NCBI RefSeq assembly: GCF_006345805.1 | Contig: NC_042999.1 | Location: 152,334,001-152,398,000, forward strand | Source: Octopus sinensis | Lineage: Eukaryota | DNA length: 64,000 nucleotides | Direction of reading: 5' to 3' | Shown: positions 1-13,043 of the stretch, piece after piece | Layout of the letters: each line of letters opens with the position of its first letter | Position numbering within the stretch: position 1 is the stretch's first letter | Program-made: the position numbers and the translations under genes | Notes under the pieces: generated by a model | Databases searched by the model: none | The model's input: only the letters and a program-made list of their open reading frames with translations | What the model was told of the DNA's origin: nothing

Positions 1-1029
1 TGGGATAATACGCTTTATCATTGTCTACAATGAGAATTTGTCTGGCGGCGAAATTTCTCACGACGAACTTCACGGAGACGAATATGAGTTATGGAATCCG
101 TTATGGATAATTAAAGACAGAATGAATGTTTTTAGAGGGTTTTAAAGATTTCATACTAAAACTAATATAAAAGTACGTGTTATTTGCTTCAATAAAAATT
201 TAAATGTTTGAAGTTGATAATAGAATATTAGATAGAATATTTTGATCTGAAGTAGAATGTAAAAGAAGTTGATCCCCTTAAGAAGCTGATAAAAACAAGA
301 TGCTATTCAATAGCCAATGACAACCGTCTACACAACCGATGCCACTTAAATATGCGAGCAAGCAAGCATCATAAACATAACACAAGAACGGAGATTATTA
401 TCATTGGAGTGAAGTTCGAGAATTCGGGAGTTTCTTCATTAGAATAGAAAATGTTTTCTTCTCCAAAAGTTCTTAGCAGTGTAATCATTGCAACGTCTTG
501 AAATTCCGGTGAACGTATAGCAATTAGAGACAAGAAAATTGCTACAATACTCCATAGTAATGTATGACAAGCCGTAATGAAGTTTGCCGGAACCTTCGCC
601 ATCATTTGTGCACAGTTTGCAGTTTCACAAACATGTTTAGATACCGCTCCACACGACAATCAATTCTGAGTTTATTGTTAAAGCCTGACGTAAGCTCTAT
701 TCAATGCGATAAATAAAGAAATGTTACATACTGGGGTTTACTTCATTTGACTTCACAACTGAAAACCAGTCAATCATGTATTACTATAAACGTACAGTGT
801 GGTCTCAAAACAAACTTAACATTGTGACACCGTGTAAATGGCGTCATATTTTCAATTCTGTTCGCTTGAAACATAATTACATGCACGTTTCTTCTATTTT
901 GTGTTAAGGTACATCAATTACACTCACGCAAATACGCGCGCCCACACACAGACAGATACATATACAAATACAAACATGCACTCACACACATACAGACTTA
1001 CACACACATACACACACACACTCACACAT

Positions 1030-1178
<149 letters not shown>

Positions 1179-1302
1179 AATCATATATTTATATTAATGA
1201 TTACCTATATGTTTTTTTATTACATGCTGGCCACTGATAAGATCATTAATTGATCTTATTTTTATCCTTAATTTGTATGTGTGTGTGTGAGTGTGTGTAA
1301 AT

Positions 1303-1594
1303 ATCACGTGATCGACCAGACTATAGGGTGTTGTTACACATCGCTGATCCCTATACGCTTTGCATCGTTATAATTTTCTAAACGATGCCTCCCCACTGGC
1401 TAGGGAAGCAGGCCAACATTCACTCTGATCGGAAGGCCAGTCCATCACAGAATAACCCCTTTACAGCTGGGTGGACAGGAGCTACGTGAAACGAAACGTT
1501 TTGCTCAAGAACACGACGCGCAACCGGCCTGGGAATCGAAACTACGATCTCAAGATTGTAATCGCAACACGCCTAACCACTAGGCAACACACCT
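1303..1594 (-). mobile_element. tRNA-derived SINE, family-D-like head with tail type X
   Basis: Reverse strand has A/B-box head (TAGTGGTTAGG...GTTTCGATTCCC) then cttgagcaaaacg CORE-like segment; 3' part matches the tail of 8251-8555 (gtcgatcacgtgat). Confidence 0.8.
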
Positions 1595-1767
1595 TTATAT
1601 ATATCAACAGACGGTTTAAAATAAACTTTTTGCTACGTTGAAATCTGCAAGGGTTTGTTCACATCGCAGTATGGTGTATAAGAAGTGCGTTTCAAAATCG
1701 TTTTTACCAAAGGACATTTAAGTACGAACGTAAATATCAGTTACATTTCAATCTAGCTAGATGGATA

Positions 1768-2167
1768 TCTTTATATATAAAAGTGAGGTTGTGTGCTGTC
1801 TGTCTCCTACGATTTAGATTCCTAACTACTCCCACATTTTGCGGTGCAGTGTAACCAAAACCAGGTATCTTATTATCGTGATTCATATCGAGCCCTTCTG
1901 GGTATTAGCGCGCGTTTACGATGAGTCTACGATTTAAAAAAAAAATTACCATAATTTTTTTCCACTTTAATGCATTTTTTTCGCTATTATATAAGGGAAG
2001 TAACTCTCTAAAAATGTCTACGATGAGTCAACGATTTAAAAAAAATTTACCATCATGTTTTTTCCATTTTCAATGCATTTTTTGCTATTTTTTGGCTATA
2101 ACTCTCTAAAAATGCTTATATAGTTATTTCCCTTACAAACCCGAGCAACGCCGGGCGATACTGCTAG
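1768..2167 (+). mobile_element. Non-autonomous Helitron (type 1)
   Basis: A|TCTTTATATATAAAAG 5' end, subterminal hairpin CCCGAGCAACGCCGGG, CTAG|T 3' end, AT target without TSD; near-identical copy at 20602-20899. Confidence 0.9.
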
Positions 2168-2520
2168 TTTTTATAAATCCTCCTACGATGCCAGTATACC
2201 AGCATATTGATTTGTCTGTGGTTAATTATTTATAGAAAAGGGGCGGTGGGTTTCAGAATCAATAGGAGCCCCATTTACAATGATTTGTGGGGTTTAGTGA
2301 CGTCTCAATATGTTCTGAGTTGAACTCATAAATCGAAAAATATTTCCCCTCTGCAGCAGATGTCACCTATATGCAGTGATACACACACAAACACATGCAC
2401 ACATACACATACACACATGCATAGACACACATGCACACACACATATGCACACACGGACACATTCACGGTCACATATGCACGCGCACATACACAAATGTAT
2501 ACACACACATAATGGTTACA

Positions 2521-2609
2521 AATAATGGTGTAGCACAGTCAACGGTGCTGCCCCAGCATGACCGCAGCTATGAAGCTGAGACAATTTAAAGATTTAAGGA
2601 TTTCAAGAT
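2521..2609 (+). mobile_element. 3' stub of the CR1/L2-group LINE
   Basis: aataatggtgtagcacag...cagcatgaccgcagctatgaagctgagac aligns with the LINE 3' end at 32704-32763; followed by about 8-nt tail repeats (atttaaag). Confidence 0.7.
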
Positions 2610-2901
2610 CTACTTCCGTCTTCAGGACTAATGTCGCCATGATTATGAATAGGAATTGTATTCAGTAACACACAGGATGAGAAGCAGTCTGCGGTTCTGA
2701 GATTAAAAACACAATCTAAGGAAAATGGTGGGAGTCGGCGTCGGAAAGACTTGTATTATTTGAAAAAACGACTGTGAGAATACAATGAAATTTCAAAGGC
2801 AAATGTAGTATCCTGCATTTAAAACAGTCTTTACAGTCTTTCTTCATAGTTAAAATTACAGGACGAAATAACTCTAGTCTTTCCTATTTTTGCTTTATTT
2901 G

Positions 2902-2932
<31 letters not shown>

Positions 2933-3288
2933 GTTCTTTTTGTCTTTGTTCATTTGTTTTTATTTTTTGTTTAATTTTTTCATGCTTTCTTAACCTTAAA
3001 TTTTTCCATGCTTTCTTAAACTTAAATGTTCCTTTCTAAAGCGTTGGCTACTCTACTCTCCAAGACAATTTCACTATTCTTTCCGTTGCTTTTACCAAAA
3101 CAAATCTCGACTGCAAATTAAGTGCAATGCAACGAGCCAACGAAACAATGACGTTCAACATTGATCCTGATGCTGACTGACGCTCGTCATATTCTCGGAG
3201 TCCTATAAACAGGCTTCAATGAAGTTTGCCAAGACAACTAGCGAGAACAACAGACAAAGGATGGACCAAGATGTTAACCAGACCCCAG

Positions 3289-3336
<48 letters not shown>

Positions 3337-3881
3337 CATAGAATCCGTTCTGTCTGTCTGTGTGTCTTAGGATATTGAGCATCCTCCATCCGATTGCGCT
3401 CAAATTTGATATGTAGATACCGACGGTATCAGAGCAGGTATAAGTCTTGAAAAAATTACAAAAATCGATTCTAGGTGAGAATGCGATCGATAAAGCCATT
3501 TTTGTCCTGCTTTTCTTCCGTCAACCTGTACATAACTGCACCTTCCATTTTTTTGTTGTTTTTGTACTGCTTAAAGGCACATTTCTTTCCTGCCAAGCTT
3601 ACTATTTAAATCATGTTTGTGTTCCCCCAGGCAACAGCCTTATTATTACTGGTACTTTTAACTCTTCGGTTGCATATTTGTGTAAATAAAATCGTTTTTC
3701 TTTGGAATAGAGAAAAAGTCTATCTTTATTTCTCTTTGCTGGTGTGTCTGAAATTTAGGTTAAATCAGTGTTTCTCAAAGGGGAGGCCTATGGTACGGTC
3801 GGGCAAGTTATTTTGAAAAAAATTGGTTTAAATGTTTTGCTCGTATGTATATATAAATATATATATATATAGTTGAAATTT

Positions 3882-4039
3882 TGAGTTCAAATTCCGCCGA
3901 GGTCAACTTTGCCTTTCATCTTTTCGGGGTCGATAAATTAAGTACCAGTTACGCACTGGGGTTGATGTAATCGACTTAATCTGTTTGTCTGTCCTTTTCT
4001 GTCCTCTCTGTGTTAAGCCCCTTGTGGGTAGTAAAAAAG
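3882..4039 (+). mobile_element. SINE family A, 5'-truncated
   Basis: gagttcaaattccgccgaggtc...cctttcatc...ggggtcgataaattaagtacc...ccccttgtggg; flanked by duplicated (TA)nGTTGAAATTT, read as a TSD. Confidence 0.9.
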
Positions 4040-4058
4040 ATATATATATATATATATA

Positions 4059-4265
4059 GTTGAAATTTACAGAAAAACAAAAGACAGTGACAGATGTATT
4101 CGTATGAGGCTCGGGAAGTGAGAAAGTCTTTTACGTTTCGAGCCTACGCGCTTCGACAGATAGGAATACGATGAAATAAACAGAGAGAGAATTTTTTTAA
4201 TTGTAGATTTAGCGGTCAAATGAAAACTCAAGCGCTTTCTATGCCGAAAATAAAAAGTACTACAC
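4059..4265 (-). mobile_element. PLE-type short non-coding element (family E) with hammerhead-like motif
   Basis: Homologous to 28025-28200, 26865-27115 and 41427-41636; minus strand reads ctgtcgaagcgcgtaggctcgaaacgta; abuts (TA)n. Confidence 0.7.
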
Positions 4266-4562
4266 ACACAGTGTGCAGTATAATTATATATATATTTGGT
4301 ATAATAGCAAAAAGGCTTCGGCGTATAATCACTTGAATTTCAATATAAAAGAATAATATCTATTGCGGCAGAGGACGTGAAGCTGGAGAAAACCACATGA
4401 CAGGTGTTTGCAATGGAGTCGTAGAATCGTAATAATGGTCGATTCGAGTTTAAATTAAGAAGGATTTCCAAATCTAAACTGAGAATATTACTATCAAGAA
4501 AGGTGTTCTATATTTCTATTCAATGTTATTTGAGAAACCAAATAACACACACACACGCACAG

Positions 4563-4593
<31 letters not shown>

Positions 4594-4735
4594 TATATAC
4601 ACACACACAAACACATATATACACACACACTCAACTGCACACAAGCGTACCCACCCTTGCACAAGCATATGTAATAAACATTCCTGCTAGTATATACATC
4701 TATATATATATACATATATATATGTATATATATAC

Positions 4736-4791
<56 letters not shown>

Positions 4792-4794
4792 TAT

Positions 4795-4998
4795 ATTCTT
4801 TTTTTCTTTTACTTGTATGAGTCATTTGACTTCGGCCATGCTGGAGCACCGCCTTCAGTCGAACAAATCGACCCCAGGACGTATTCTTTGTAAGCTAGCA
4901 TTTAGTCTATTTGGCGCTTTTGCTGAACCGCTGACTTACGGGGACGTAAACACACCAACATCTTGTCAAGGCGATAGTTGACAAACACAGATACACAA

Positions 4999-5000
<2 letters not shown>
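4795..5000 (-). mobile_element. SINE family B, 3' half
   Basis: ggccatgctggagcaccgcc...cgaacaaatcgacccc...ggggacgtaaacacacc matches the 3' half of 15604-16094. Confidence 0.9.
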
Positions 5001-5039
<39 letters not shown>

Positions 5040-5183
5040 ATATATGAATCCTTATTTTACTATATACTTATACATACCTAAATACACACACACACACACA
5101 CACACACTCACACACACACACTCACACACACACCACACACCACATATATATATATCTATATATATATATATATATATAATATA

Positions 5184-5219
<36 letters not shown>

Positions 5220-5857
5220 TGCATGTATGTAAATATGTTATATATATAAAAAAATATACGTATATATGTGTGTATGTGTATGTGTATGTGTGCGTGTGCG
5301 TGTGTAAGTGTGTGTATTGTGTAAATGCATTGATATTTGGATGTATGACTTTGAAATGCGTGTATGGGTTTTTTTGCGTGTTGATATACATATATGTGCG
5401 TGTCGCGCGCGAGTGTCTCTCTGTGTGCGTATGCACGCGCGTTTGTGCATAACTTAACATTCACACAGATGCGTGTGTCTATATATATATATATCAGTAT
5501 CTTTCAGGAATAGATTTGAAAAAAATCAAGAATGTCTATTGACGGGCAGGAATCAATAGGAATAGTTTGAGTGTAAAGTCACCGGAAATTAAATTAACGT
5601 CACACATCGCCTTGTTTACTCCAACTGTCACTTACACACACTCATTTACCTACACACTCACACTCTCACTTTCACATTCATACTCAAACAGACTTGTGCA
5701 CTTTAATAACATGTATAAACATGGCTGTGTATGAATATGTGAAGGTATATGTAGGTGTGTGTGTGTATGTATGGACATGCTTACACACATATACATGCAG
5801 GCGAATATACGTGCTTATGTTTATACCTGGAAACACGAGCCATATAGCCATTATCGT

Positions 5858-6020
5858 GGCGCTCCGTCGATTACGACGACGAGTGTTCGCCTTGCCGGAG
5901 CTTCATGGAGCTTTTCGGTGTTTTCTCTCAATAAACACTCACAACGCCCGATCTAGGAATCGAAACTGTGATCCTACGACTGCGAGTCCGCTGTCCTAAC
6001 AAATGAGCCGTCGCGCCTCC
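5858..6020 (-). mobile_element. SINE family C, internally deleted
   Basis: Head and tail match 14533-14909 and 49730-50054 with the middle missing. Confidence 0.8.
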
Positions 6021-7216
6021 GCATTCTATAAATAAATTCGGCCTGAAAAAGACGTTAGAGGCGGAAACTGAAGTCCCAGTTAGTAAATTTTACTTCGCTA
6101 ATAATACAGAGCCACCATCATACATAAATGTTTTGATTAACAAGCTAAATAATACTAGGTTTGATCAAAAAGTATCGGGTCTGTTGCTATGGGAACGGAG
6201 CTAAAGCAAGCATTGCTGAGCTGCTTGGTTTTATAAAATTATTTGTTATGATGTGTTCCTTTTATGGGGTTACGTGTTTAAATGCTCTTTTTTTTATGTT
6301 TAGCATAGTTAAATGTATATAAGTTGTTTCCAGAACGCTATTTAGTTACATGAAGTATTGTGTCTAAGATTACTTCGTTAGTTATACTTATTTACTTTAT
6401 ATCTTTAACAAATAAAACTATAAAAAGAAATTACCAATGTCTTAAATTTAGAAGAGTTCTATATAGGATACCTATAAGGTGTTCAATTGGTCAAACCAGA
6501 TATTTGGCAAATACAATTTTTACATGCAATGTTCCTTACAGAAAATTTAATTTTTTGTTTATAAAGAAATTATTTCATAATTTCATATCACAATAAAAGC
6601 AAAGCAGGTAGACAGGTAGTAAAAGTAAGTCTATATTATTTGGCATTTAAATATATCTTGTATTAAATCTATGAGAGTGTAAATTATTTAATTTACTCTA
6701 GCTAGTTTGTCATCCTTGACTAATTGAAAGGAAGGATTTTAGTATGACATACGGCCATTTTTTAAATGCCTAAGCAACATTACGAAATATCAAAATAGAT
6801 ATTTCTCACTTATAGCATAAAGAAAGAAAATGAGTGATCGAGTGGCAAAGATTCGTGTAGCATCTCGAAATCGCTGAAAATTCCTTAAAATTTTAGGCTT
6901 TTACATCCTTCAACCGAAGCATCTCGAATCTTGATTTTTTGGAATAAAAACGGATAAAATTCAAGACGTTTTTGTCTATGTTAAACTGACCAACGACGCT
7001 AGGCTTTCTAACATTATTTCATTGATCTAACTAATTTCACACCAAAGGAATATTTCATCAAGATAACAAACTAATCTGCCTGAATTTGGGAATAGATTTA
7101 TTACCGTGACTTTATTACCCTGTGACTACACGTAGTACAGATTGACCTTGAGCTCTGTTGCGCATGCACACTAAGTTATAATGCTCTAGCTCATTTCCCT
7201 TGTATATAGCAGCGCG

Positions 7217-7463
7217 AAAGGTAACAGAGTCCAGTTTGCTGGACATTGTTGTAGAGCTGAAAAAGAGGTAATTTCTACTCTTCTCCTCTGGAAGCCATCT
7301 ACTCGTAATACCAGAGGGCGCACACTCTCCTACCCTGATGTAATCTCCAGGGATACAGGCATCCAGCAACAGGACCTCCGTAATGCCATGATGGACCGTA
7401 AAGTCTGGCGTAGCATGGTAAATTCCATTGTCTCGACCACGGTCGAACAATGATGATGATGAT
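7217..7463 (+). mobile_element. RTE-clade LINE 3' fragment
   Basis: Translates RVQFAGHCCRAEKEVISTLLLWKPSTRNTRGRTLSYPDVISRDTG...AMMDRKVWRSMV* (RTE C-terminal FAGH/W.P/DR..W pattern), then a (TGA)n tail. Confidence 0.85.
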
Positions 7464-7709
7464 AGAAGTAAGGTGTAGAGTGTGGTCGTCAGACAGAACT
7501 GCATGCTTTCGGCGAGTAATAACTTCACCATTACAATGAACGGGCCTAATCGCCGCAGCTTTTGCAGCAGCTTTTGGGCAAGCAACATATTCTCAGGTGC
7601 CACAACTACCATATTTTTTATAAATCTCACCCCAGTTGCACCTTTTTCCGAAAATCAAATCCCACTTCAAATAGCTGCTTCTATCCCCCCCACCAAAAAA
7701 AAATTTAAA

Positions 7710-7784
7710 TTCCAGCAATGCTTCCATCAATGGAAACGATGCTGGATAATGTGTGTGGCTTCACAAGGAGAATACTTCCAATGA
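7710..7784 (+). mobile_element. mariner transposase C-terminal remnant
   Basis: FQQCFHQWKRCWIMCVASQGEYFQ matches the mariner C-terminal W..RW.KCV...GEYFE motif. Confidence 0.7.
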
Positions 7785-7928
7785 TATTAAAGCTCAAATG
7801 GTGTGTGTTGCAGTTTTCTTTGCATAGTCGATATATATTGATTATATATATACATATATGCATCTATGTATCGATGTAAATGTATATATATATATATAGA
7901 TATATATATATATGTATATAGATATACA

Positions 7929-8137
7929 GTTAAATAGAGTAATAAAAATAACAATAACAAAACAAGAGGACGCGCACATGGAATGTATTAGTTTGACTCT
8001 CGGTAAATGCGGAAAAAAAGAGAGAGGGTTTTGACGTTTCGAGCAAAGTTCTTTGTCAGAAAGGAAAGCGGGAAAATCCAGAGAAGGAAAAATATCACCA
8101 ATAGCACGTGTGTGGTTATATGCCTGAAGTGACCGCA
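7929..8137 (-). mobile_element. PLE-type short element (family E2) with decayed hammerhead
   Basis: Homologous to 55599-55800; minus strand TTT-CTGACAA-A-GAACTTTGCTC-GAAAC-GTC-AAA (G8 mutated); lies between TA runs. Confidence 0.6.
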
Positions 8138-8183
8138 AGTGTAAATATATATATATATATATGTGTGTGTATGTGTGTGTGGT

Positions 8184-8241
<58 letters not shown>

Positions 8242-8250
8242 TGAGTTTGT

Positions 8251-8547
8251 GGAGGCGCAATGGTTCAGCGGTTAGGGCAGCGAACTCGCGATCGTAGGAT
8301 CGCGGTTTCGATTCCCAGACCGGGCGTTGTGCGTGTTTATTGAGCGAAAACACCTAAAGCTCCACGAGGCTCCGGCAGGGGGTGGTGGCGATCCCTGCTG
8401 TACTCTTTCACCGCAACTTTTCTTCTGTCTTCTGTTGGCCTGCTCGCTTAGCCAGCGGGGTGGCGTCATTTGAAGACTAAAACAATGCGAAGCGCATTGT
8501 GACCAGCGATGTGTAGCAATATCTGATAGCCTGGTCGGTCACGTGAT

Positions 8548-8555
<8 letters not shown>
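8251..8555 (+). mobile_element. SINE with family-C head and tail type X
   Basis: ggaggcgcaatggttcagcggttagg (A box), ggtttcgattccc (B box); diverges from family C after about 8420; ends ggtcacgtgatcacgtgat. Confidence 0.9.
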
Positions 8556-8591
<36 letters not shown>

Positions 8592-9968
8592 AGTTGGGCT
8601 CAAAGAACCGGAATGTCTTTGATGTCATTGCTAACATGGGTAACCCAAATACAATGTAAACGAGATCTGAATCCATGGCACACACAAAAGGAGAGCTTAG
8701 TGCTTATGAAATGGCTTACTTAATCCTGTGTGCATGTATGCACGTGTGCATGCGTTTGTGTGCGCGTAAGAGAGAAAGGAACAAAGAAAGAGCGAGAGAG
8801 AGAGAGAGAGAGTGTGTGTGTGTGTGTAGTTCTATTCAAATGTGTCTTCGGGTGAATGAAACCTTGTATGAAAATGCCGAAAATTTCTTCGTACACTTTG
8901 GCAGACTGACGCATTAACAACCCACTATTTCGCCCTGCTCGCTTCCCATCCCTAGCTACCATTTTGACCCAGTAAGTTGAGTAATGAAGGTCTTTCTAGT
9001 TCTTGAAGTATGATTACTGGCACCTAATCGAAAGTCGCGGAAGAAAGAATATATATGTCCTCGTTCATGCTTCCGTTGCTTTGTTTTGAGGGTAGGCGAT
9101 GGTGGTGGCGGGTAGGTCTTCTTTTGTTTTTTTGATAGTTTTTGTTCATGTTCTTGTAATGACCAATGGTTATGAAGCGGCAATGAAAAGATCCAAAAAG
9201 ATCCCCTTGATGGAAACATGACTGAGGTAAGAAGAAAAAAAAAGAGAAGAAAAGAACCATTATAAACCAATGCAATATTACATGATTTAACGTCTGCGGC
9301 GAATATCTTATAATTTATAGCCTATTTGGCTAATACGAAATTGAGAAGGGGAAAAAACAATATTCTATAAAGAGGAAAGAAATATGAAAAGAAATTATAT
9401 TCAAAGATTCTAGATTTCTTTTTTTTTTATTATTATGTTTTCTTTGTGTTATTTATTTATTGTTTATTCTATAAGAAAAATAAGAAAAATAGGAATAAAG
9501 TAAAATGAAATAAAACGCTACATGAATGATAGCCGCTAAACTTATCTCTGTCTAAAGCCGGTTTTATAGTTGTGTTTGGCATAGATAACATAGCCATGTA
9601 AACACACTTGTTCAATCTACGCACGTTCATCCAGACACGTAACACAGCAGTTTTAACACGTAAACGAGAGCAACGCACAAACACGTCAACATGCACATAA
9701 GCACTAATATACGCATATACAGACATACGCAAATAGTGCTTATGTATACGCGCGCCCTCACCAAGTATAAGTGCATGTGTGTGTGTGAGAGATATGTGTG
9801 TGCACATATATTTATACATATAAACTTATATACATGTACATATATTTATATATACATATATATTTGTACATACATATATATACGTATATGTATGTATGTA
9901 TGTATTATATATAATATATATCATATATATACGTATATGTATGTAGTATGTATATATATAATATATAT

Positions 9969-10068
9969 NNNNNNNNNNNNNNNNNNNNNNNNNNNNNNNN
10001 NNNNNNNNNNNNNNNNNNNNNNNNNNNNNNNNNNNNNNNNNNNNNNNNNNNNNNNNNNNNNNNNNNNN
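9969..10068. other. Assembly gap (100 N)
   Basis: Run of 100 n. Confidence 1.
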
Positions 10069-10320
10069 GAAAGACAGAAAAAGTAGTAGAATCACCTGCA
10101 TGGATACGAAAATTACATCTTCTACAGGCTGCATATCTGTGCAAATAAACACATACACCACATACACATAAACGTGGTGTGTCCGTGTGTTGCGCTGGTG
10201 TGTGAGTCATGTGAAACTCCACCATCCTGAGGAAATTAGCTGAAGGAGAATGAGTAAAAGTACAAAATTACGTTAATACTCCAGCATGACTGCAGTCGTA
10301 TGGCTGGAAAGAATAAATGG

Positions 10321-10368
<48 letters not shown>

Positions 10369-10382
10369 TCTTTTTCTTTTTT

Positions 10383-10770
10383 TTCTTTTACTTGTTTCAG
10401 TCGTTTGACTGCGGCCATGCTGGAGCACCGCCTTTAGTCGAGCAAATCGACCCCGGGACTTATTCTTTGTAAGCCCAGTACTTATTCTTTCAATTTCCGT
10501 CTACCAAATCCACTCACAAGGCTTTGGTCGGCGGTGGCTATAGCAGAAGACCTTGCCCACGATGCCACGCAGTGGGACTGAACCCGGAACCATGTGGCTG
10601 GTTAGCAAGCTACTTACCACACTGCCACTCCTGCGCCTTTTATTCTTTTACTTGTTTCACTCATTTGACTCCGGCCATGCTGGAGCACACCTTTAGTCGA
10701 ACAAATCGACCCCAGGACTTGGTCTTTGTAAGCTTGGTACTTAGTCCATCGGTCTCTATTTCCGAACCGT
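10383..10770 (-). mobile_element. Two adjacent SINE family B copies (10383-10637 internally deleted; 10641-10770 3' part)
   Basis: Head (gccactcctgcgcc, actgaacccggaacc) and two tails (ggccatgctggagcac) match 15604-16094. Confidence 0.88.
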
Positions 10771-10784
10771 CATATTTATAATAT

Positions 10785-11597
10785 GGAGTCGGCTTTTTGC
10801 CTCACCACGCACAGTAAGAAATAGACACGCTAAAGTCTTTTTTACTAGCTTTATTGTAGGCAAGCAAAATAAAAATAACGAAGCTGATTAATTATGGACG
10901 CGTTTCGAACTTAAAGTAAGATCATTTTACTTAATGTACTCTTCAGCATACTATTTCGTATAAGTTCGCGAGTATTTCAAAATATGCACGAGACCAGCGT
11001 CATCGTATGTCCGATATCTATCCATACTCGTAAAAATATACTGCCGAGTATAATTCATATCTTTCTTTTATATCCACGTGTGTGTTAAAATCTAGGCCGC
11101 AGTAAATGCAGTTTCGATCATGGAGTGCATTTATTCAAATATTATTTTAATAATAAAGGGTAAAATCAGTAATAACTTTACCAGGTAGCCAGTGCGGAAA
11201 TAGAAACCTTATAGATATCGGACACACGATGGCGCTGATTGCGTACATATTTTGAAATACTAGTGAACTTATACGAATTACTACGGGGAAAAGTAGCAGT
11301 AAGTAAAATCATCTTTTCCTTTAAGTTCGAAACGCATCCATAGTTAATCAGCCTTTTTGATTCATTATTTTTCTTTTGCTTGCCTACAATAAAGAGTGTT
11401 ATTCCCGGAGATTTTATGGTCGTAAAAAACACTTTAGCGTCTATATCTGACGGTGCGTGGTGAGGCATAAAGCCGATCCGTTGTTGTAATTATGTATATA
11501 ATTATAAAATGTTTTGTAAAATTTACCAATCAGGTTTGTATTTCCGCACTGGCTACCTGGTAAAATTATTATTGATTTCACCCTTTATTATTAAAAT
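10785..11597. mobile_element. PLE-type inverted-repeat element (arms 10785-11021/11211-11479 and 11144-11209/11532-11597)
   Basis: Two pairs of diverged inverted repeats readable by eye; left arm carries a hammerhead fold. Confidence 0.7.
10893..10950 (-). ncRNA. Minimal type I hammerhead ribozyme (PLE type)
   Basis: UAUG-CUGAAGA-[interrupted stem II, 10 of 13 pairs]-GAAA-CGC-GUC-CAUA: complete core, 4-bp stem I, palindromic ACGCGU stem III, GUC triplet. Confidence 0.8.
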
Positions 11598-11621
11598 GAT
11601 ATATATAAAAATGATATATAT

Positions 11622-11748
11622 ATAAATGAAAGAATGGAGTCGAACGACGATTTAACAAAATCCTTTATTCTCAACACATGTTTCGAAACATGTGTCGAGA
11701 ATAAAGGAATTTTGCTAAATCGTCGTTCGACTCCATTCTTTCATTTAT
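11622..11748. repeat. Spacer-less palindrome of about 63-bp arms centred on CATGTTTCGAAACATG
   Basis: ataaatgaaagaatggagtcgaacgacgattt.../...aaatcgtcgttcgactccattctttcatttat; few mismatches. Confidence 0.95.
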
Positions 11749-11915
11749 CTATAGTAAAAAAAACACACAAATTTCCACATGAAAGCACGTGATTTCTGCC
11801 CTTGGCATGTAGCTTCAACCGTGCTTTCTGACGTAAATTTGCTGCCCGGGTATCGGTTAACCGAATTATCCATACTAGGATAATTCATTCAACTATTTAA
11901 ACATATATATATATA

Positions 11916-12144
11916 TATTTCTTTACTACCCACAAGGGGCTAAACATAGAAGGGACAAACAAGGACAGAGAACGGGATTAAGTCGATTACATCGACCCCA
12001 GTGGGCAACTGGTACTTAACTTATCGACCCCGAAAGGATGAAAGGCAAAGTCGACCTCGGCGGAATTTGAACTCACAACGTAACGACAGACGAAATACGG
12101 CTGCGCATTTCGCCCAACGTGCTAACGTTTCTGCCAGCTCACCG
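11916..12144 (-). mobile_element. SINE family A, full length
   Basis: Minus strand gagctggcagaaacgttagc...gagttcaaattcc...ccccttgtgggtagtaaagaaata. Confidence 0.92.
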
Positions 12145-12392
12145 TATATGTATATACGTATGTATGTATGTATGTATGTATGTATGTATGTATGTATGTA
12201 TGTATGTATGTATACTTTATTTGAAAGCAGCAGAGATATAACAAAAGCTGTTACTCAGAGTTTCACGTTAAAGCATATTACTCTAGATTACTCAAGACAT
12301 AATTGGAAGCGCATTGTGACCAGCGATGTGTGACTGCATCGGATGGTCTGGTCTACATTGTAATATTGTGATGTGTGTGTGTGTTGGTGTGT

Positions 12393-12432
<40 letters not shown>

Positions 12433-12869
12433 TGTGTGTTTGTATGTATATGATTTGTCTTGATTAAAGACTAGGAAATCGACAATTCAAATATTGAAAT
12501 CCTCAATTCTTATCTCTTTCTGGCTCTTTCTCTCTTTTACTCTTCTCCTTTGTTTTAAATTCTCTATTAATTAACTCCCACTTTAAAGCATTAATTGTCA
12601 CACTTTCTCTGATGATGCACAAGCAAAAACAAACATGGTTGTTATAAGAAAATAATTAATAAATGTCCCTAATTGTACCTATTACAAGTTTTGCGTTCTT
12701 AAGCTAAACCTGAAAGCAATGAAGTCGTAAAAGAATCATCCATAACTTGCAGTAAGCAACATTTATTAAAATAAAAATATTCAGAACACAGAATAACATG
12801 TAACAAAAACAATTTGCAAACATATTTACATTCCCATATAACAGTTAAGAACATCACCATTATTGTATT

Positions 12870-13043
12870 ACGCATGCGCGGAAGTGTTTCTTCGACTTGG
12901 TTCTGCTGGCTTAATTACGCACGACTCAAGTTAGAGCAGGGGTGCGTATTATACACAAGGTTTAGGTTTTTCAGAGGTACAGTCCCCTAAAAATCCCCGG
13001 CGTATTATACTCAAGGGCGGACTATACTCGAGGATTTACGGTA
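12870..13043. mobile_element. Right end of a Tc2/pogo-like DNA transposon
   Basis: Ends ggactatactcgaggatttacgg-TA (reverse TA-CCGTAAATCCTCGAGTATA) with repeated subterminal gcgtattatac; left end not found. Confidence 0.6.

Noticed and set aside
369-659. 96-aa non-repetitive ORF
   Set aside because: Non-ATG start, no recognisable motif; length within chance expectation.
3766-3800. hAT-like terminus CAGTGTTTCTCAAA; mariner-like termini near 6157 and 15000
   Set aside because: Single short ends without a partner TIR or TSD.
8956-9275. Minus-strand ORFs near a site that reads as an acceptor on minus and a donor on plus (about 9222-9258)
   Set aside because: No recognisable protein and no matching partner splice site.
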